From the NCBI RefSeq assembly GCF_030684315.1, contig NC_081363.1:23376116-23440115 (forward strand): a stretch of 64,000 bases of DNA, read 5' to 3'. Below the pieces are notes generated by a model. It was not told the origin of the DNA, did not search any database, and saw nothing but the letters and a program-made list of their open reading frames with translations. Both the position numbers and the translations under genes were made by a program. Positions within the stretch are counted from its first letter, which is position 1, and the number at the start of each line of letters is the position of its first letter. The DNA is from Stegostoma tigrinum. Lineage: Eukaryota. Positions 1 through 12,469 of the stretch are shown in pieces.

Positions 1-29
1 CATTCTCTCAAGCACCAATGCATATTTGC

Positions 30-320
30 GAAGTATGTTCCACCTATAAGATGCACAGCAGGTAGTCACAAAGCTTCCGTCTTTCTAAACCCTGAACTTA
101 ACAACATGGAAGAGCAAGTGTTGCAAATGCATGGGAATATCACCACCTGCAAGTTCTCCTACAAGTTACTCGTCATCCTGATTTAAATCTATATCATTAT
201 TCCTTTACTTTCACTGGATCAAAATCAAGGGACTCGCTTTATAACAGCTTTGGAGTTGTACATACACCAGACAAACAATAGCAGTTCAGGGGCTAGGCTT
301 ATGAATGCCTTCTCAAGGGT
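30..320 (+). mobile_element. Degenerate 3' end of a CR1/L2-group LINE (family 2)
   Basis: GGGAATATCACCACCTGCAAGTTC...ATCCTGA...AAAATC...GCAGTTCA...CTTCTCAAGGG resembles the reverse complement of the better-preserved copies at 52935-53280 and 55715-56050. Confidence 0.6.
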
Positions 321-1434
321 GAGGCAAACGGGGGATGAGTTGGATGCACTAGCTGCTGTATACGCTGTTAGCTACTGACAGGGCTATTACTCAAGACGGC
401 ATTCAGGCACACTCCAGTATGATGATGTCCTACAGATGTGGGTGGACAGATGCTCTGGATCCCAAAGGAGATAAACCTATCATCTTGATCTTCATTGTAG
501 TTTTAAAGTGTCTGTTGTAAAATGCACCTTGCTTCAAATTGCTTTAATGCAATAAACCACAAGTAGGATTTTTTGAGAAGGGGTAATCTCATTCTCTTTT
601 CTTATACCACGACAGAGTTCCTCATTTTTGACAAGACGTTTCAATCAGGACTCCTTCAGAAATACAAGAACTTACATCTCTCCTGAGCAGTATCTTGTCA
701 TGTAGAACTCTTGTGGGGGGAAGAAACATGCCACATTCCCTTCTTCATTGCAATCAGCTGCCAGATTCTGAAAGGTCAGAATCACAGACAGTCACTTTGG
801 CATCTGCTGTCAAAAGGTAAGTATATATGTTAGTTGAGGGGTTAGTATGCTGGGAGGATAAGATGTCAAGTGGATAAGGGTTATGATTTTGGACAAGTAG
901 GGTGGTAGGAGGTTAGAGTGACTGATGGGTAAGGTGCCAGAATGCAAGGTGTCAAGGGGTGGAGGCAGGTAAGTGATAGAGTGTTTTGGGAAGGTCATAT
1001 GAGGAAAAGACAGCAAGTCCATCAGCCCAATTCATTAAATAAGGGGTACATACAATTTAATGGAAGACACCACTGAGTTACAATGACCAATCTACACAGA
1101 CTCAGGAATTATTCAAAGCAAATTGCCTGGTTTAGAACTCTAGAACACCGTCAAAAATATAAAGAGGTCCTTTTTCAGAAATCCAGGACAGAGCAGGAAA
1201 GGAAATATCTGTTTCAAAAGAGTGGCCATGCTCTGCAAGGGAATTACATATAATTAATGTCTCTCCAGATGAAACAATGGAGCAATTTCCAGGTTAAGAA
1301 GGAATTGTGTCCTCCATGAAAGACATCCAAGAGACAAAAGATTCTTCAGTTGAAAGGGGTCTGAGAGCCCTCACATTGTTAAGGCCATTATCAAGTTCTA
1401 TATTCTTGAAGACAAAGACCTACCAATTTTCCAA

Positions 1435-2535
1435 GTCTGAAGATTGCATATTGAGGTTATCCACTTTGGTCGCAGAAACAGGAAGGCAGATTATTATATG
1501 AATGGTGGCAGTTTAGGAAAAGGTGAGGTGTAACAAAACCTGGGTATCACGGTGGAATAGTCCATGAAGATGCAACAGGCAGTGAGGAAAGCTAATGGCA
1601 TGTTAACCTTAAAATATAAGGATTTGAGATATTGGAATGAGGATGCCTTGCTGCAGTTATACGGGGCTTTGGTGAGGCCACACCTTGAGTATTGTGCGCA
1701 GTTTTGGTCTCCTAGTCTGAGGAGGCACATTCTTGCTGTTGAGCGAGTCTAAGAAAGGTTCCCCGGACTGATTCCCCGAATGGCAGGACTAACATATGAG
1801 GAATGACTGAATTGATTGGGCTTTTATTCACTAAAATTTAGAAGAATGACAGGGGTATCACATAGAGCCTGGACAGGCTAGATGTGGAAAAAGTGTTCCT
1901 GATGATTGGGAAGTCCAAAACTAGGGATCACAGTTTAAGAATAAGGGGTAAGCCATTCATGACTGAGATGAGGAAGAATTTCTTCACTCAGAGAGTTGTG
2001 AGTCTGTTGAATTCTCTCCCACAGGAAGCTCTTGGGGCCAGTTCATTAGATATAATCAAGAGGGAGCTGACTATGGCCCTTGTGGCGAAAGGGATCAAGG
2101 AGTATGGGGAGAGAGCAGAAATGGGATCCTGAGATTGCATAATCAGCCATGATCGAATTAAACGGTGGTACAGGCTCAAAGAGCAAAGTGACCTACTCTT
2201 CATAGAATCCCTACAGTGTGGAAACAGGTCCTTTGGCCCAACAAGTCCACACCGACCCTCAGAGTATCCCACCCAGACACAACCCCTTATAACCCAACTA
2301 ATCTGCACATCCCTGAACACTACACACAATTTAGCATGGCCAACCCATCTGGCCTGCACATCTTTGGACTGTGGGAGGAAACCAGAGCACCTGGAGGAAG
2401 ATCACATAGGCACACGGAAAACATACAAACTCTACACAGTCGCCTGAGGGTGGAATTGAACCTGGGTCCCTCGTGCTGTGAGGCAGCAGTGCTAACCACT
2501 GAGCCACCATGACACCTACTTTCTGTGTTTCTATA
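1435..2535 (+). mobile_element. 5'-truncated CR1 LINE (RT C-terminal region and 3' UTR), interrupted by an HE1 SINE at 2200-2516
   Basis: ORF fragments LYGALVRPHLEYCAQFWSP and MRKNFFTQRVV; the 3' tail resumes after the SINE (CCTACTTTCTGTGTTTCTAT). Confidence 0.9.
2200..2516 (-). mobile_element. HE1-type tRNA-derived V-SINE, full length
   Basis: Minus strand: A box TGGCTCAGTGG, B box GGTTCAATTCC, V-domain-like core, CR1-like tail ending GGGATTCTATG; ACCTACT repeated at 2191-2197 and 2514-2520 (likely TSD). Confidence 0.9.
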
Positions 2536-2929
2536 TTCTGGCAGAATAGTGAAGCCATCGGTTGACATACATTTTTTTAATCAGAGACTTGAATGCAGAT
2601 AGAGTAGTGGCAGATGACATTATGTACATGAAGACATAAATGCTAATAGTAAAAAGCTTGAGAGAGATGATCTATAAGGTGTTAGTCTCTGAAAGGATTG
2701 CCGCTGAGAACTCCATTAAGCACCTCATATGATGCTGTAAAATGGACTTGGGTGAAGAACTGCTCTGGCCCTTGAAGGAGATAGACCTACCATCCAGAAC
2801 TCCCTCATGTTTCAAAACAATGTCTATCATATCAAATTAACTTGCACCTGATTGTTATCATGCAATAAACATCGTGTTTGTGACAAGAATCTCTTCCAGT
2901 TTGATGATCAAGTAGGTTTTGTGGTGGAC

Positions 2930-3642
2930 TTGTTAGTAATGTTAGATCACATTGGATCAGGAGACCTAGTCAATTGGATACAAAATTGGTTTGACAGAGG
3001 GTAGTGGTAGACAGTTGTTTTTTGGACTGAAAGTCTGTGACCAATGGTGACCCCATAGATCACAGCATTGAGTATAGAATTTGGGACATTGTGTTGCAGC
3101 TGTACAGGACTTTGGTGAGGCCAATTTTGGAGTACCACATACAATTCTGTTTGCCCTGCTGTAGGGAACATATTATTCCAATGGAAATGGCACAGAAAAA
3201 AATTTACAATGATGCTACTGCGACTGGAGGGTTTGAGTTTTCCCTGCAGCAAAGGAGATTGAGGTGACGTATAGAAGTTTATAAAATCATGAGTGGCATA
3301 GATGATGTGAATAGCAAAGGTCTTTTACGCAGGGTAGACAAGTTCAAAACTGGAGGGCATACTTTTAGGGTGAGTGGAGGAAGATTTAGAAAGGACATGA
3401 GGGGCAACTTTTTTTACACAGAGTGGTTCTTATATGTAATTAATTAAACTTCCAGAGGAACTGGTAGATGCAAGTACAGTTGCAGCAGTTAAAAGACATT
3501 TGGACAGGCATATGAATCAGAAAGGTTTGGAGCGATATGGGCCACATGCAGACAAATGGGACTAGTTTGGCTTGAGAGAGCTGGTTGTTGTGGACTAGTT
3601 GGACCGAAGGGTCTGATTCTGTGCCGTATGACTCTGACTCTA
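2930..3642 (+). mobile_element. CR1 LINE 3' fragment with internal deletions
   Basis: LQLYRTLVRPILEYHIQF; tail ...GGACCGAAGGGTCTG...GTATGACTCTGACTCTA. Confidence 0.88.
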
Positions 3643-4425
3643 CCATGCTCAGAACAGTCAGGACCGTTACAGCTGAATTTAGAAAGGAGGATGGTGGCAG
3701 CAAGATGAGTGTCCATCTTCCAATGATAGTAACATCCACATTGAAGGAACACATGAAAAAAGCTATATCTATCATCATCTTTTGTCATTTTGTAAGTGTT
3801 TATAAAGTTAAACAAAATTACTAGAGTTGTTCTCTATGCCCTTTTTGAGTTTTGGAAGAAAGAGAAGAGAGTTCTTACTTCAGTTTTAACATGTGCACTT
3901 CAACCAATTCCACTTGGCGAATATTGGTTGGCAAAGTATTCTAACATTTTTAGGTTGCTAACCAGAATACTAATTGTTAAAATCTAACTTTATGGTAAGA
4001 AACTAATATCTAACCAGCATTGTATTTTACGAACACGTTATTTCATTGAGCATTCTTTTTGTAGGATGGAAAAATATGAAAATATAAAAACAGATGTCAA
4101 AGTAGAGGGATTTTAGGAGTTTGCATCAAGTTTTAAAAGTGCTGACTGAAATGACAATTCTGGGTCTTTAATGACTGTCTGTAACAAAATAACTGCTTGC
4201 ATGAGAATGGAATATAGATGTCTCTCTATCAAATATGGAAGCACAACATGTGAAAACATTGTAATATTGTAGTAGAGACAAAGGACTTTTTAAAAAAATA
4301 TGTGAAGTTAGCAAAACCCTCATGAACAATGCCTGATTGGTTAAGGAAAGTATACTCAAACATGGGGCAAAAGATGATTAAGGAAAATGAGAGGTCTACT
4401 GGATAAAAGCCAGGATAAAAGAGAT

Positions 4426-4528
4426 AGTTCTAAGGAACGGTTACTGAACCTGAAGCATTAACTCTGATTTTCTCTTTGCAGATACTACCAGACCTGCTGA
4501 GCTTTTCCAGTAACTTCTATTTTTGTTA
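4426..4528 (+). mobile_element. Short Penelope-like terminal element (family B) with decayed hammerhead motif
   Basis: AGTT-CTAAGGA-ACGGTTACTGAACCT-GAAGCATT-AACT...CAGATACTACCAGACCTGCTGAGCTTTTCCAG; perfect 14-bp TSD AGGATAAAAGAGAT at 4412-4425 and 4529-4542. Confidence 0.8.
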
Positions 4529-5939
4529 AGGATAAAAGAGATCCTGATTTTTGTTTTGTTTGCTCAGGGCAAGAAAAGGGAGACTTTCCACAGACAATTA
4601 AAACCAGGCCAGCTGTCATGGGAGAGAAAGGGGGTGGTTTGAAGATGCAAAGATCAAAGCTGAAAGAAAATCATCCACATGCTGTACCATTAAGGTCTTG
4701 TTTTGGATGGAAGAATCTGCATTAAAAATTACAGCCCTTTTTATTGATATAGTTTATCTCAAAACTTAAAATGGGCTGATTTCATCTAAGAAAGTCAATT
4801 CGACACAAAACTTCACTGTTAAGCCTGTTCTTGCTTAAAAAGATTCAGGTTCCCAAAACCTGCAGTACAAAATAATGTTGTAAATATTTTCTAGCAGTTT
4901 TAGGTTGTTTCAGTTTATTTGAAGCACATTGTTGTAATACCACCAACACCATCCACTTATCCCCAAAATGTTGTGTAAGGACTTCAATAACTTTGGAATG
5001 ACATTGTGATAATTTCACCAAGCTGTGCACCACTGACTATAAAAAAAACACTAGTTGGGAGAATTAGATAAATCTACACCAGACTATACTAGTCTCTGAA
5101 AGACTGAGATAAGCATATGGACATGAACACATGAAATAATTATGTTAGTCCTTCCATAATGAAATCAAAATATCAGAGCCTACTATATTTATGTTAAGCA
5201 TATACAGCAGTGTTTAGTAATATTGTGTCATAAATAATATGATTTATAAATATAAGACTGAAGAATGTTCTTAACTTTGCCATCATCTCAACCAGTCTGT
5301 CTTGAACTCAAACACAGAGTGCCATCAAACCATACGTTCAAAGAGCTCATTTCCTTTTGTCCCCCTTTTGGTTCTGAAAATGGCTTATTGGTCATTGTAG
5401 ATTAGTTGATCAATGTTTCCTGATGACTAACCTCATGTTGAATGAGTCTATTTAATAGTCTCTTTCATTCCTTTCAATCAATATTACTTGTCACTTTATG
5501 GCCACAACTTAAGGAGAAAAGATGTAATTCCCCATTTGTTGCGTTGCTTTACTGCGATTACCTGAATGATTTGCGTAAAACACATCAACATTTGGTTCTG
5601 TGTTATCATAGATTGAAACACAAAAACTTTGCTTTCCCTGAAATGTCTTTACTTGTAGTTTTATACAAATATGAATGTTAATAGGAATTGTTTTCTGGTA
5701 TACATTGAACTGAAATGGAAATGTAAGCTTTGAGATTAAAAGAAGACATTTGTGATATGACACACATAGCTGAATTTGTGAGCACTCATGAGAAAATAAT
5801 GAATTCAAGCTCATGAATTCCCTGCAATAATGATAAAAAGGCAGACCAAGGGTGTATAATTTCATAGAATATACTCTCAATGCAATTCCTTTGTTCAAAA
5901 TGTGGACAGAGAGAGAAAGTAGGAAACCTCAGGCAAATT

Positions 5940-6890
5940 AACTTAATGACTTCTTAGGGAAAATGTTAAAAACTATTAGTGAAAAGATCTAAGATAATTA
6001 GGCAAAATCAACAACATTTAATGAAGGGGAAATCACGTCTAAACAAGTTACTGGAGTTTTTGAGCAAGTAACCCATGCTGCAGATAAAGGAGACGGAGTG
6101 GATGTGCTGCACTTGGATATCCAAAAGGCATTTGATAAGGTGCTTATCAAAATGTTGGTACAGTAAAATCCCACAGCACAGTGGGAATGTATTGAACAGA
6201 AGTTTGGCTAGCTATTAACTAATACAAAATGGAGATTAGGCATAAATGAGTCATTTTGTGGTCGAATGGTGCACTGTGATGATTCGTGCTGGTCTTTAAC
6301 TCTTTCAATTTATACATATTTCTTGGATGAAGACACTGAAGGAATGGTTGCTAAATTTGCTGAAGACACAAAGATATGTAGAACGATGAGTTTTGAAAAT
6401 GATTAAAGTCCGATATAAATGGCTATAGATACGTTGAATTAATAGGCAAAGATTCTAGCAAATAGGGTATAATGAATTAGTGTCCAATTGTTCCATTTTG
6501 CAACAAGAATAAGAATAAACTAAATAATGACTGATTGTAGAGGTATGCAAAGCAGAGAGATCTGAATGTTCTCATGCATAAATTACAAAAAGACGCATAC
6601 AGCCAGTAGCCAAAAACATGAGAATGTTAACATTTACTACAAATGGAATTCAGTACCCAAGTTATGTTGGTGAGACCATTCCTGAGAACTTGGCACTTTT
6701 TCCTCAAATTTAGTGAAAATAAAGTTTTTATTATTTTTAAGTCAGAGGTAGATAGATTCTTGATGAGCAGGAAGTGAAAGCTTATTGGAGGTAGGCAGAA
6801 ATGTGGAATAAGCAGATCAGATCTTATTGAATGGTGGGGCAGACTCACAGGGCTGAGTCAGTTACTTCTCCTAATTTGTGTGATTCCATG
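5940..6890 (+). mobile_element. Old, decayed CR1 LINE (RT to 3' UTR)
   Basis: Remnants of DFQKAFDKV (GATATCCAAAAGGCATTTGATAAGGTG) and KFADDTK (AAATTTGCTGAAGACACAAAG); CR1-like 3' UTR. Confidence 0.8.
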
Positions 6891-9005
6891 ATGTTCATAT
6901 ATAAATCAGTCCTACAACTTTCAAATTTCATCTATGCTGTTTTACAAGGCCAGTTTCGCTATTTGTGTTATGATTGATAATTTTCTCTTGGCTTCTAAGA
7001 AGCTCCGCATTCTGATCACTGTCTGGTGAGTTTTGTTTAAAAGCATACTTAGGTAGACCTACAGCTAAATCTCCTCCCCCTGAATATGGAAACATGTGGA
7101 GTATAGGTCCTATCTAGACATTTTAAGAATCAAACCATGAAGTCTACAGCATATTAAGAGAAGTTGGACAATCTAGTGTATAAACATTAATGAGCAGCTA
7201 GCTCAGGGGTACAAAAATGACAGTGCCTGCAAGTACACACTCAGAAACAAATCTTGGGGAGAAATAGCAAGATAATCAGTAAGAAACATTCAGAATCAAT
7301 ACTGCACAATACTATTTTTAAAATGTGGACCCTTCCAGTCTTCTGTCTGGACTCTTTCTGCAGGTACAAGAGTGTATGGCAGTCTCAAATGCAATGCAGT
7401 GTAATTTTAAGTACATAACAAGCAAGGTCTGCAATATAACCTATTCATTGCCAGTTGCACTGTGCGCTCTGCAGCTCAAAGTCTCAGGTAAGACATCAGT
7501 AAAATATACAGAGATCCAGTTGTTTTGTGATGATTAGCACTATTTCAATATTCTGCTGCTACAATGTCAACATTGTCAGCAGTAAATTTGTTAAATTTGT
7601 CTTTTGAAATGTAGGGATGTTTCTTTGAGTGCTCAGCATGCTTGTTGATTGGAATATTATGGGATTACATTGTTTGAAATAAGCAGAAAATGGATTGTGC
7701 CCACCTCTCCAATTCCTGAGCAACACCTCATACCATCATCATCATAAATGTCCAGTCAGGGAATTGGCCACTGGAAGATCAGTAAATGTTCTTTCATACA
7801 ATATCTAAGGCAACAGGATATTATAATGAACAATATAGGGTTTGTGATGCCAGACCCACCTTTTCATATTCAGTGAAATATGTTCGTAAGCAAAATAACA
7901 GCTATGTACTCCTACCTCCTTTGTCATTGTATGCTCCAGCTTAAAATAATTCAGCTCTGCTGCTACATTACAGCAGCAGATGCAGCCAATACATAAGGAT
8001 ATATGGAAATGAACTCTAGAAAATGATTATGCAGTCTAGCTAATCAATTGAGAATTTTATACTCCTGTATATTTCTGTCTTATTTTCTGACCTGAATTTT
8101 TCTTCTTTCTAATTTCAATTCTTCAAAAAAAATCTGATTATAATAAAATTATTTTGCATGTAATATATGTCAAACACTTATCACATTATATCAATGTTTC
8201 CTCTCAACCTGTTATATTTCTTGCAACACAGATCCATCATCTTTTTCTTTAAATCAATAAATATCATTTCTCTGCTATTTTCACATGTTCCTCAGCACTT
8301 GTATTATCTGTCAAAGAGCTGCAAGTCCAGATTGTTTCAAATTAAGCTAATTGATGCATCTAGAATGAAGAACAAGTTCTTGTTTCATTAGATATAAGGT
8401 TACAATTGCTATTCTCTGCACTGACAATCCCTTGAGAACTAAAATTGGCCCAAAGCTCATTGCAAAGTCTTTTTCTTCCAAATTCTGCTGCTATGGCATT
8501 ATGCTTCTTTCCCACATCCAGTATGACGGCTGGATTGCAACAGAAATTTCATACATCTTTTAAATGCTTGTATCATATCTCCTGTCTTTAACCTATATTA
8601 CTCAAAAAATATTTTTTTCAGTTCTCAAAGCCTATCCTCGGAATTCTGGATAAGTGCCCAGGAATTATCAGAGCCAGTCTGAGCCAAACTGAAAATAAAA
8701 ATGTGCCTTGATCATGATCAAGGCCATGGTGCTAAAAATTGATCACGACTCTTTTTTGGCCATTGAGGTCACAGTTCACAGCCTACTTACACTTGTTACC
8801 TTTGAGGCAGACATCAAACCAATTTGTCACTACCATTCACTGTGTCATTGGATCAAGCAGGGCCTGTGCAGCACTGATAGCTTATGATTTAGCCAGCCAG
8901 CTCCATGTGGAGATGCCCCTCTCTCACCCCAACCCAACCAACAGAGGTGGATTGCCCTTCATTGGTGGATTCCCTGTTATTGAAATGGCTTGTGTCTGTG
9001 AGCCA

Positions 9006-9600
9006 ATGGATGACAGTAAAGGGGTTTTACATTCATGCATGAGGCATTGGAAGACATATTGGTGGAGTTGGAGGAAAGAGATTTCTTTTGTTGGCGATAA
9101 TACAGTGTGGACCTGGAGAAGCGCAAGAGGCCAGGCAGCACCAGAGGAGGAAGAAACTTGACGTTTCAAGTCGGGACCCTTCTCCAGAAATAGGAAGAGG
9201 GAAGGGAGCTGGGAAAAAATAGAGAGAGGAGGGGTGGGGCAGGGGAAGGTGTAGGTGGGATAGTGATAGTGATTGTTGGCGGTATGGCAGGGCAGAGTGA
9301 GATCAGGAAGCCATCAAGGATTACCCTCCACAGAGAATGGAGATGGGAGGCCAGGCCAACAATGCAAACAACCTGGCTCTGACAATATTTCAGTAATTCC
9401 ACAGGAAGATTGATTCCTTTTTACCATGAGTGGTCAAGGTCAGTGAATTCATTGCTGTTTGGCATTTTCTGTATCACTCAAACTCAGTGCAACAGAATCA
9501 CTTGCATTCTGCTGTTTCTTTTGTTGAATAAGGAAACACACAATCGATCAGGGCAGAGCCAATAGAGGACAAGGACACCCGCATTCTTTGACCATGCTCA
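9006..9600 (+). pseudogene. Fossil PIF/Harbinger Myb/SANT-like accessory gene (two exons), split by a Penelope-like insertion at about 9096-9299
   Basis: FMHEALEDILVELEERDFF (from 9032), then after the insertion IRKPSRITLHREW...NANNLA...RK...VVK|GTCAGT (donor 9439), then a KETHNR-like second exon; resembles the Harbinger Myb_DNA-bind_5 pattern; frameshifted. Confidence 0.55.
9096..9299 (-). mobile_element. Penelope-like element terminus (family C) with adjacent purine-rich flank
   Basis: Homologous to the arms at 12655, 29003 and 60272; minus strand CTGGAGA-A-GGGTCCCGACTT-GAAACGTC. Confidence 0.7.
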
Positions 9601-9757
9601 CATCATGGGACTGTCTAGCGCTTGCGGCTTCCACCATTAAAGACATCACTGGGGGTGACAGTTTGTTTCTCCCTTATGCCCCTTCTCAAATCTCAGCATA
9701 TCCCCAATATGCTAACGCACATGGTGAACTCGCTATGGAAGATGTGATTATGGATTT

Positions 9758-10239
9758 TAAGAACATAAAATGTGGAGGCAGAAGAACGCCATTTAGCCCA
9801 GCCAGATGCTCTGCCATTCAATGAGATCATGGTTGATTGGGTAATTTTCAACTCCACTTTCCTGCCTTTTCCCGATAACACTTGCTTCCCTTACTGATTA
9901 AAAGTCTGTCCATCTCAGCAGTGAATATACTTAACAACCAAACTTCTCCCTCTCGGGTAAATAGTTCCACTGATTTACTGCCCTCTGAGAAAAGAAATTC
10001 CCCTTCATCTCTGTCTTAAATGTGCAGCCCCTTATTCTAAGACTGTACGCTTGGCCCTAGAATTTTCCAAAAGCGGGAACCCCTTTCTGCATCTACCCTG
10101 GCAAGTCCCCTGATAATCTTGCACATTTCAAAGAGATGGTTATCATTCTTCTGAACTGCAATGATTAGAGGACGAATCTACTCAACATCTCCGCAAAAAC
10201 ACATTCCTGCCATACCTGGGATCAACCTAGTGATCTTTC
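9758..10239 (-). mobile_element. CR1 LINE 3' end
   Basis: Reverse-complement CR1 3' UTR (CATTCAATGAGATCATGGTTGAT) and C-terminal ORF2 remnants (AAGAAATTCCCCTTCATCTC). Confidence 0.8.
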
Positions 10240-10329
10240 TCTAGACTGTAAAAACCGAAAGAACGGCATATGCTGTAAATCAGGTCAGGCAGGTCTGGCA
10301 GCATCTGTCAAGGAAAAAAACAAGTTAAC

Positions 10330-11325
10330 TGGGACCACTGTTGTTTGTGATATATGTAAATGATATGGAGGAAGGTGTAGGCGGTCTGATCAGCAAGTTT
10401 ACTGATGACACTAAGATTGGTGGAGTAGCTGATAGTGAAGGGGACTGTCAGAGATTACAGCAGAATATAGATCGACTGGAGAGTTGGGCAGATAAATGGC
10501 AGATGGAGCTCAATCCGGGCAAATGCGAGGTGATGCATTTTGGAAGATCAAATTCAAGGGCGAACTATACAGTAAATGGAAAAGTCCTAGGGAAAATTGA
10601 TGAACAGAGAGATCTGGGTGTTCAGGTCCATTGTTCCCTGAAGGTGACAACGCAGGTCAATAGGGTGGTCAAAAAGGCACATGGCGTGCTTTCCTTCATT
10701 GGATGGGGCATTGAGTACAAGAGTTGGCAGGTCATGTTGCAGTTGTATAGGACTTTGGTTTGGCCACATTTGGAGTACTGTGTACAGTTCTGGTCGCCAC
10801 ATTACCAAGAGGATGTGGATGCTTTGGAGAGGGTGCAGAGGAGGTTCGCCAGGATGTTGCCTGGTATGGAGGGTGCTAGCTATGAAGAAATGTTGAGTAG
10901 ATTAGGATTATTTTCATTAGGAAGACAGAGATTGAGGGGGGACCTGATTGAGGTCTACAAAATCATGAGGGGTATAGACAGAGTGGATAGCAAAAAGCTT
11001 TTTCCCAGAGTGGGGGACTCAATTACTAGGGGTCATGAGTTCAAAGTGAGAGGAGGAAGGTTTAAGGGAGATATGCGTGGAAAATTCTTTACACAGAGGG
11101 TGGTGGGCGCCTGGAACACGTTGCCAGCGGAGGTGGTAGACGCAGACACGTTAGCGTCTTTTGAGATATATTTGGACAGGTACATGAATGGGCAGGGAGC
11201 GAATGGACACAGGCCATTAGAAAATGGATGACAGGTTAGACAGAGGATCTTGATCGGCACAGGCTTGGGGGGGCCGAAGGGCCTGTTCCTGTGCCGTAGG
11301 TTTCTTTGTTCTTTGTTCTTTGTTT
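10330..11325 (+). mobile_element. Young 5'-truncated CR1 LINE with (GTTCTTT)n tail
   Basis: Uninterrupted ORF2 C-terminus plus 3' UTR ending TTTCTTTGTTCTTTGTTCTTTG. Confidence 0.95.
10341..11231 (+). pseudogene. CR1 ORF2 C-terminal 296 aa (part of RT domain and C-terminus), open but 5'-truncated
   Basis: FVIYVND...SKFTDDTK (FADD variant), YRTLVWPHLEYCVQFWSP, FFTQRVVGAWN; lacks endonuclease and N-terminal RT motifs. Confidence 0.9.
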
Positions 11326-11477
11326 CAGGTCAGAGAAAGATGCTGCGTGGCCTGCTGTGTTCATCCAGCTCCACACTCTGTTACAATGTTTCGGATCCAG
11401 TGTTTTTGCCTTGACAGATACTGCCAGACCTGCTGAGATTTTCCAGCAACTTTGTTCTTGTTTTTCTAGACTGTATC

Positions 11478-12466
11478 TGATGTTGGATCCATGGCTTTTT
11501 GTCATTTATGTGAATGATTTGCATGTGAATATCGAAGGTATGGTTACTAAGTTTGCAGATGACAACAAAATTAGTAGTGTCATGGATAGCAAAGAAGATT
11601 ACCTCAGAGTACAACAGGGCCTTGATCAGATGGGCCAATGGGCCAAGGAGTGGCAGATGGAGCTTAATTTAGATAAATGTGAGGTGCTGTACTTTGATGA
11701 GGCAAATCAGGGCATACCTTTAAACACTTAGTGGTAAGGACCTGGGGAGGATTGTCGACCAAAAGGATCTTGGAGTGCAGGTTCATAGTTCCTTGAAAGT
11801 GGAGTCACAGGTAGACAGGGTGATGAAGTATACGTTTGGTATTATTTCAATTAATGGTCAATGCATTGAGTATTGGAGTTGGGAGCTCATGTTGCTGCTG
11901 TACAGGACTTTGGTTAGACCACTTTTGGAATACTGCATTCAATTCCGGTCTCCCTGCTATTAGAAAAGTGTGAAATTTAAAAGGTTTCAGAAAAGATTTA
12001 CAAGGATGTTGCCAGGATTGGAGGTTTTGAGCTGTAGGGAGACACTGAGTAGGTTGGGGTTAATATTCCAAGAGCATGGGAGGCTGAGGGGTTGACATTA
12101 TAGAAGTTTATAAAATCATGAAGGGCATGACAGGCTGAATAGTCAAGGTCTTTTCTCCAGGATTGCAGAGTCCAAAACTAGACAGCATTGGTTTAAGGTG
12201 AGAGAAGAAAGGTTTAAAGGAAGTTAAGGGACACCTTGCTCATGCAGTGGGTGGTGCGAATCTGGAATGAGCTGCCAGAGGAGGTGATGGAGGATGGTAC
12301 AGTGACAACATTTAAGAGGCAACTGGATGGGTGGATGAATCGGAAGGGTTCAGAGGGATATTGACCAAATGCTGGCAAATGGAACTAGATTAATTTAGAC
12401 TATCTGGTAGGCATGGTCATGTTGAACCGAAAAGTGTGTTTCAGTGCTATACATTTCTATGACTCA
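11478..12466 (+). mobile_element. CR1 LINE 3' fragment
   Basis: LFVIYVND...TKFADDNK, LYRTLVRPLLEYCIQF; tail TTCTATGACTC. Confidence 0.9.
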
Positions 12467-12469
12467 AAG

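Larger units (their letters stand above)
10251..11464. mobile_element. Palindromic Penelope-like element (family B) hosting a nested CR1 and a family-A fragment
   Basis: Left arm 10251-10329 (GCAGGTCTGGCAGCATCTGTCAAGG) is inverted to right arm 11403-11464 (CCTTGACAGATACTGCCAGACCTGC); 11-bp TSD TCTAGACTGTA at 10240-10250 and 11465-11475. Confidence 0.8.

Noticed and set aside
810-1022. Pro/Leu/His-rich minus-strand ORF (also 20862-21094 and 9166-9402)
   Set aside because: Artefact of G/A-rich low-complexity tracts, probably transposon-internal
2430-2516. tRNA-like sequences with A/B boxes (also about 14400, 39012, 43020)
   Set aside because: These are SINE heads followed by SINE body and LINE tail; no complete cloverleaf
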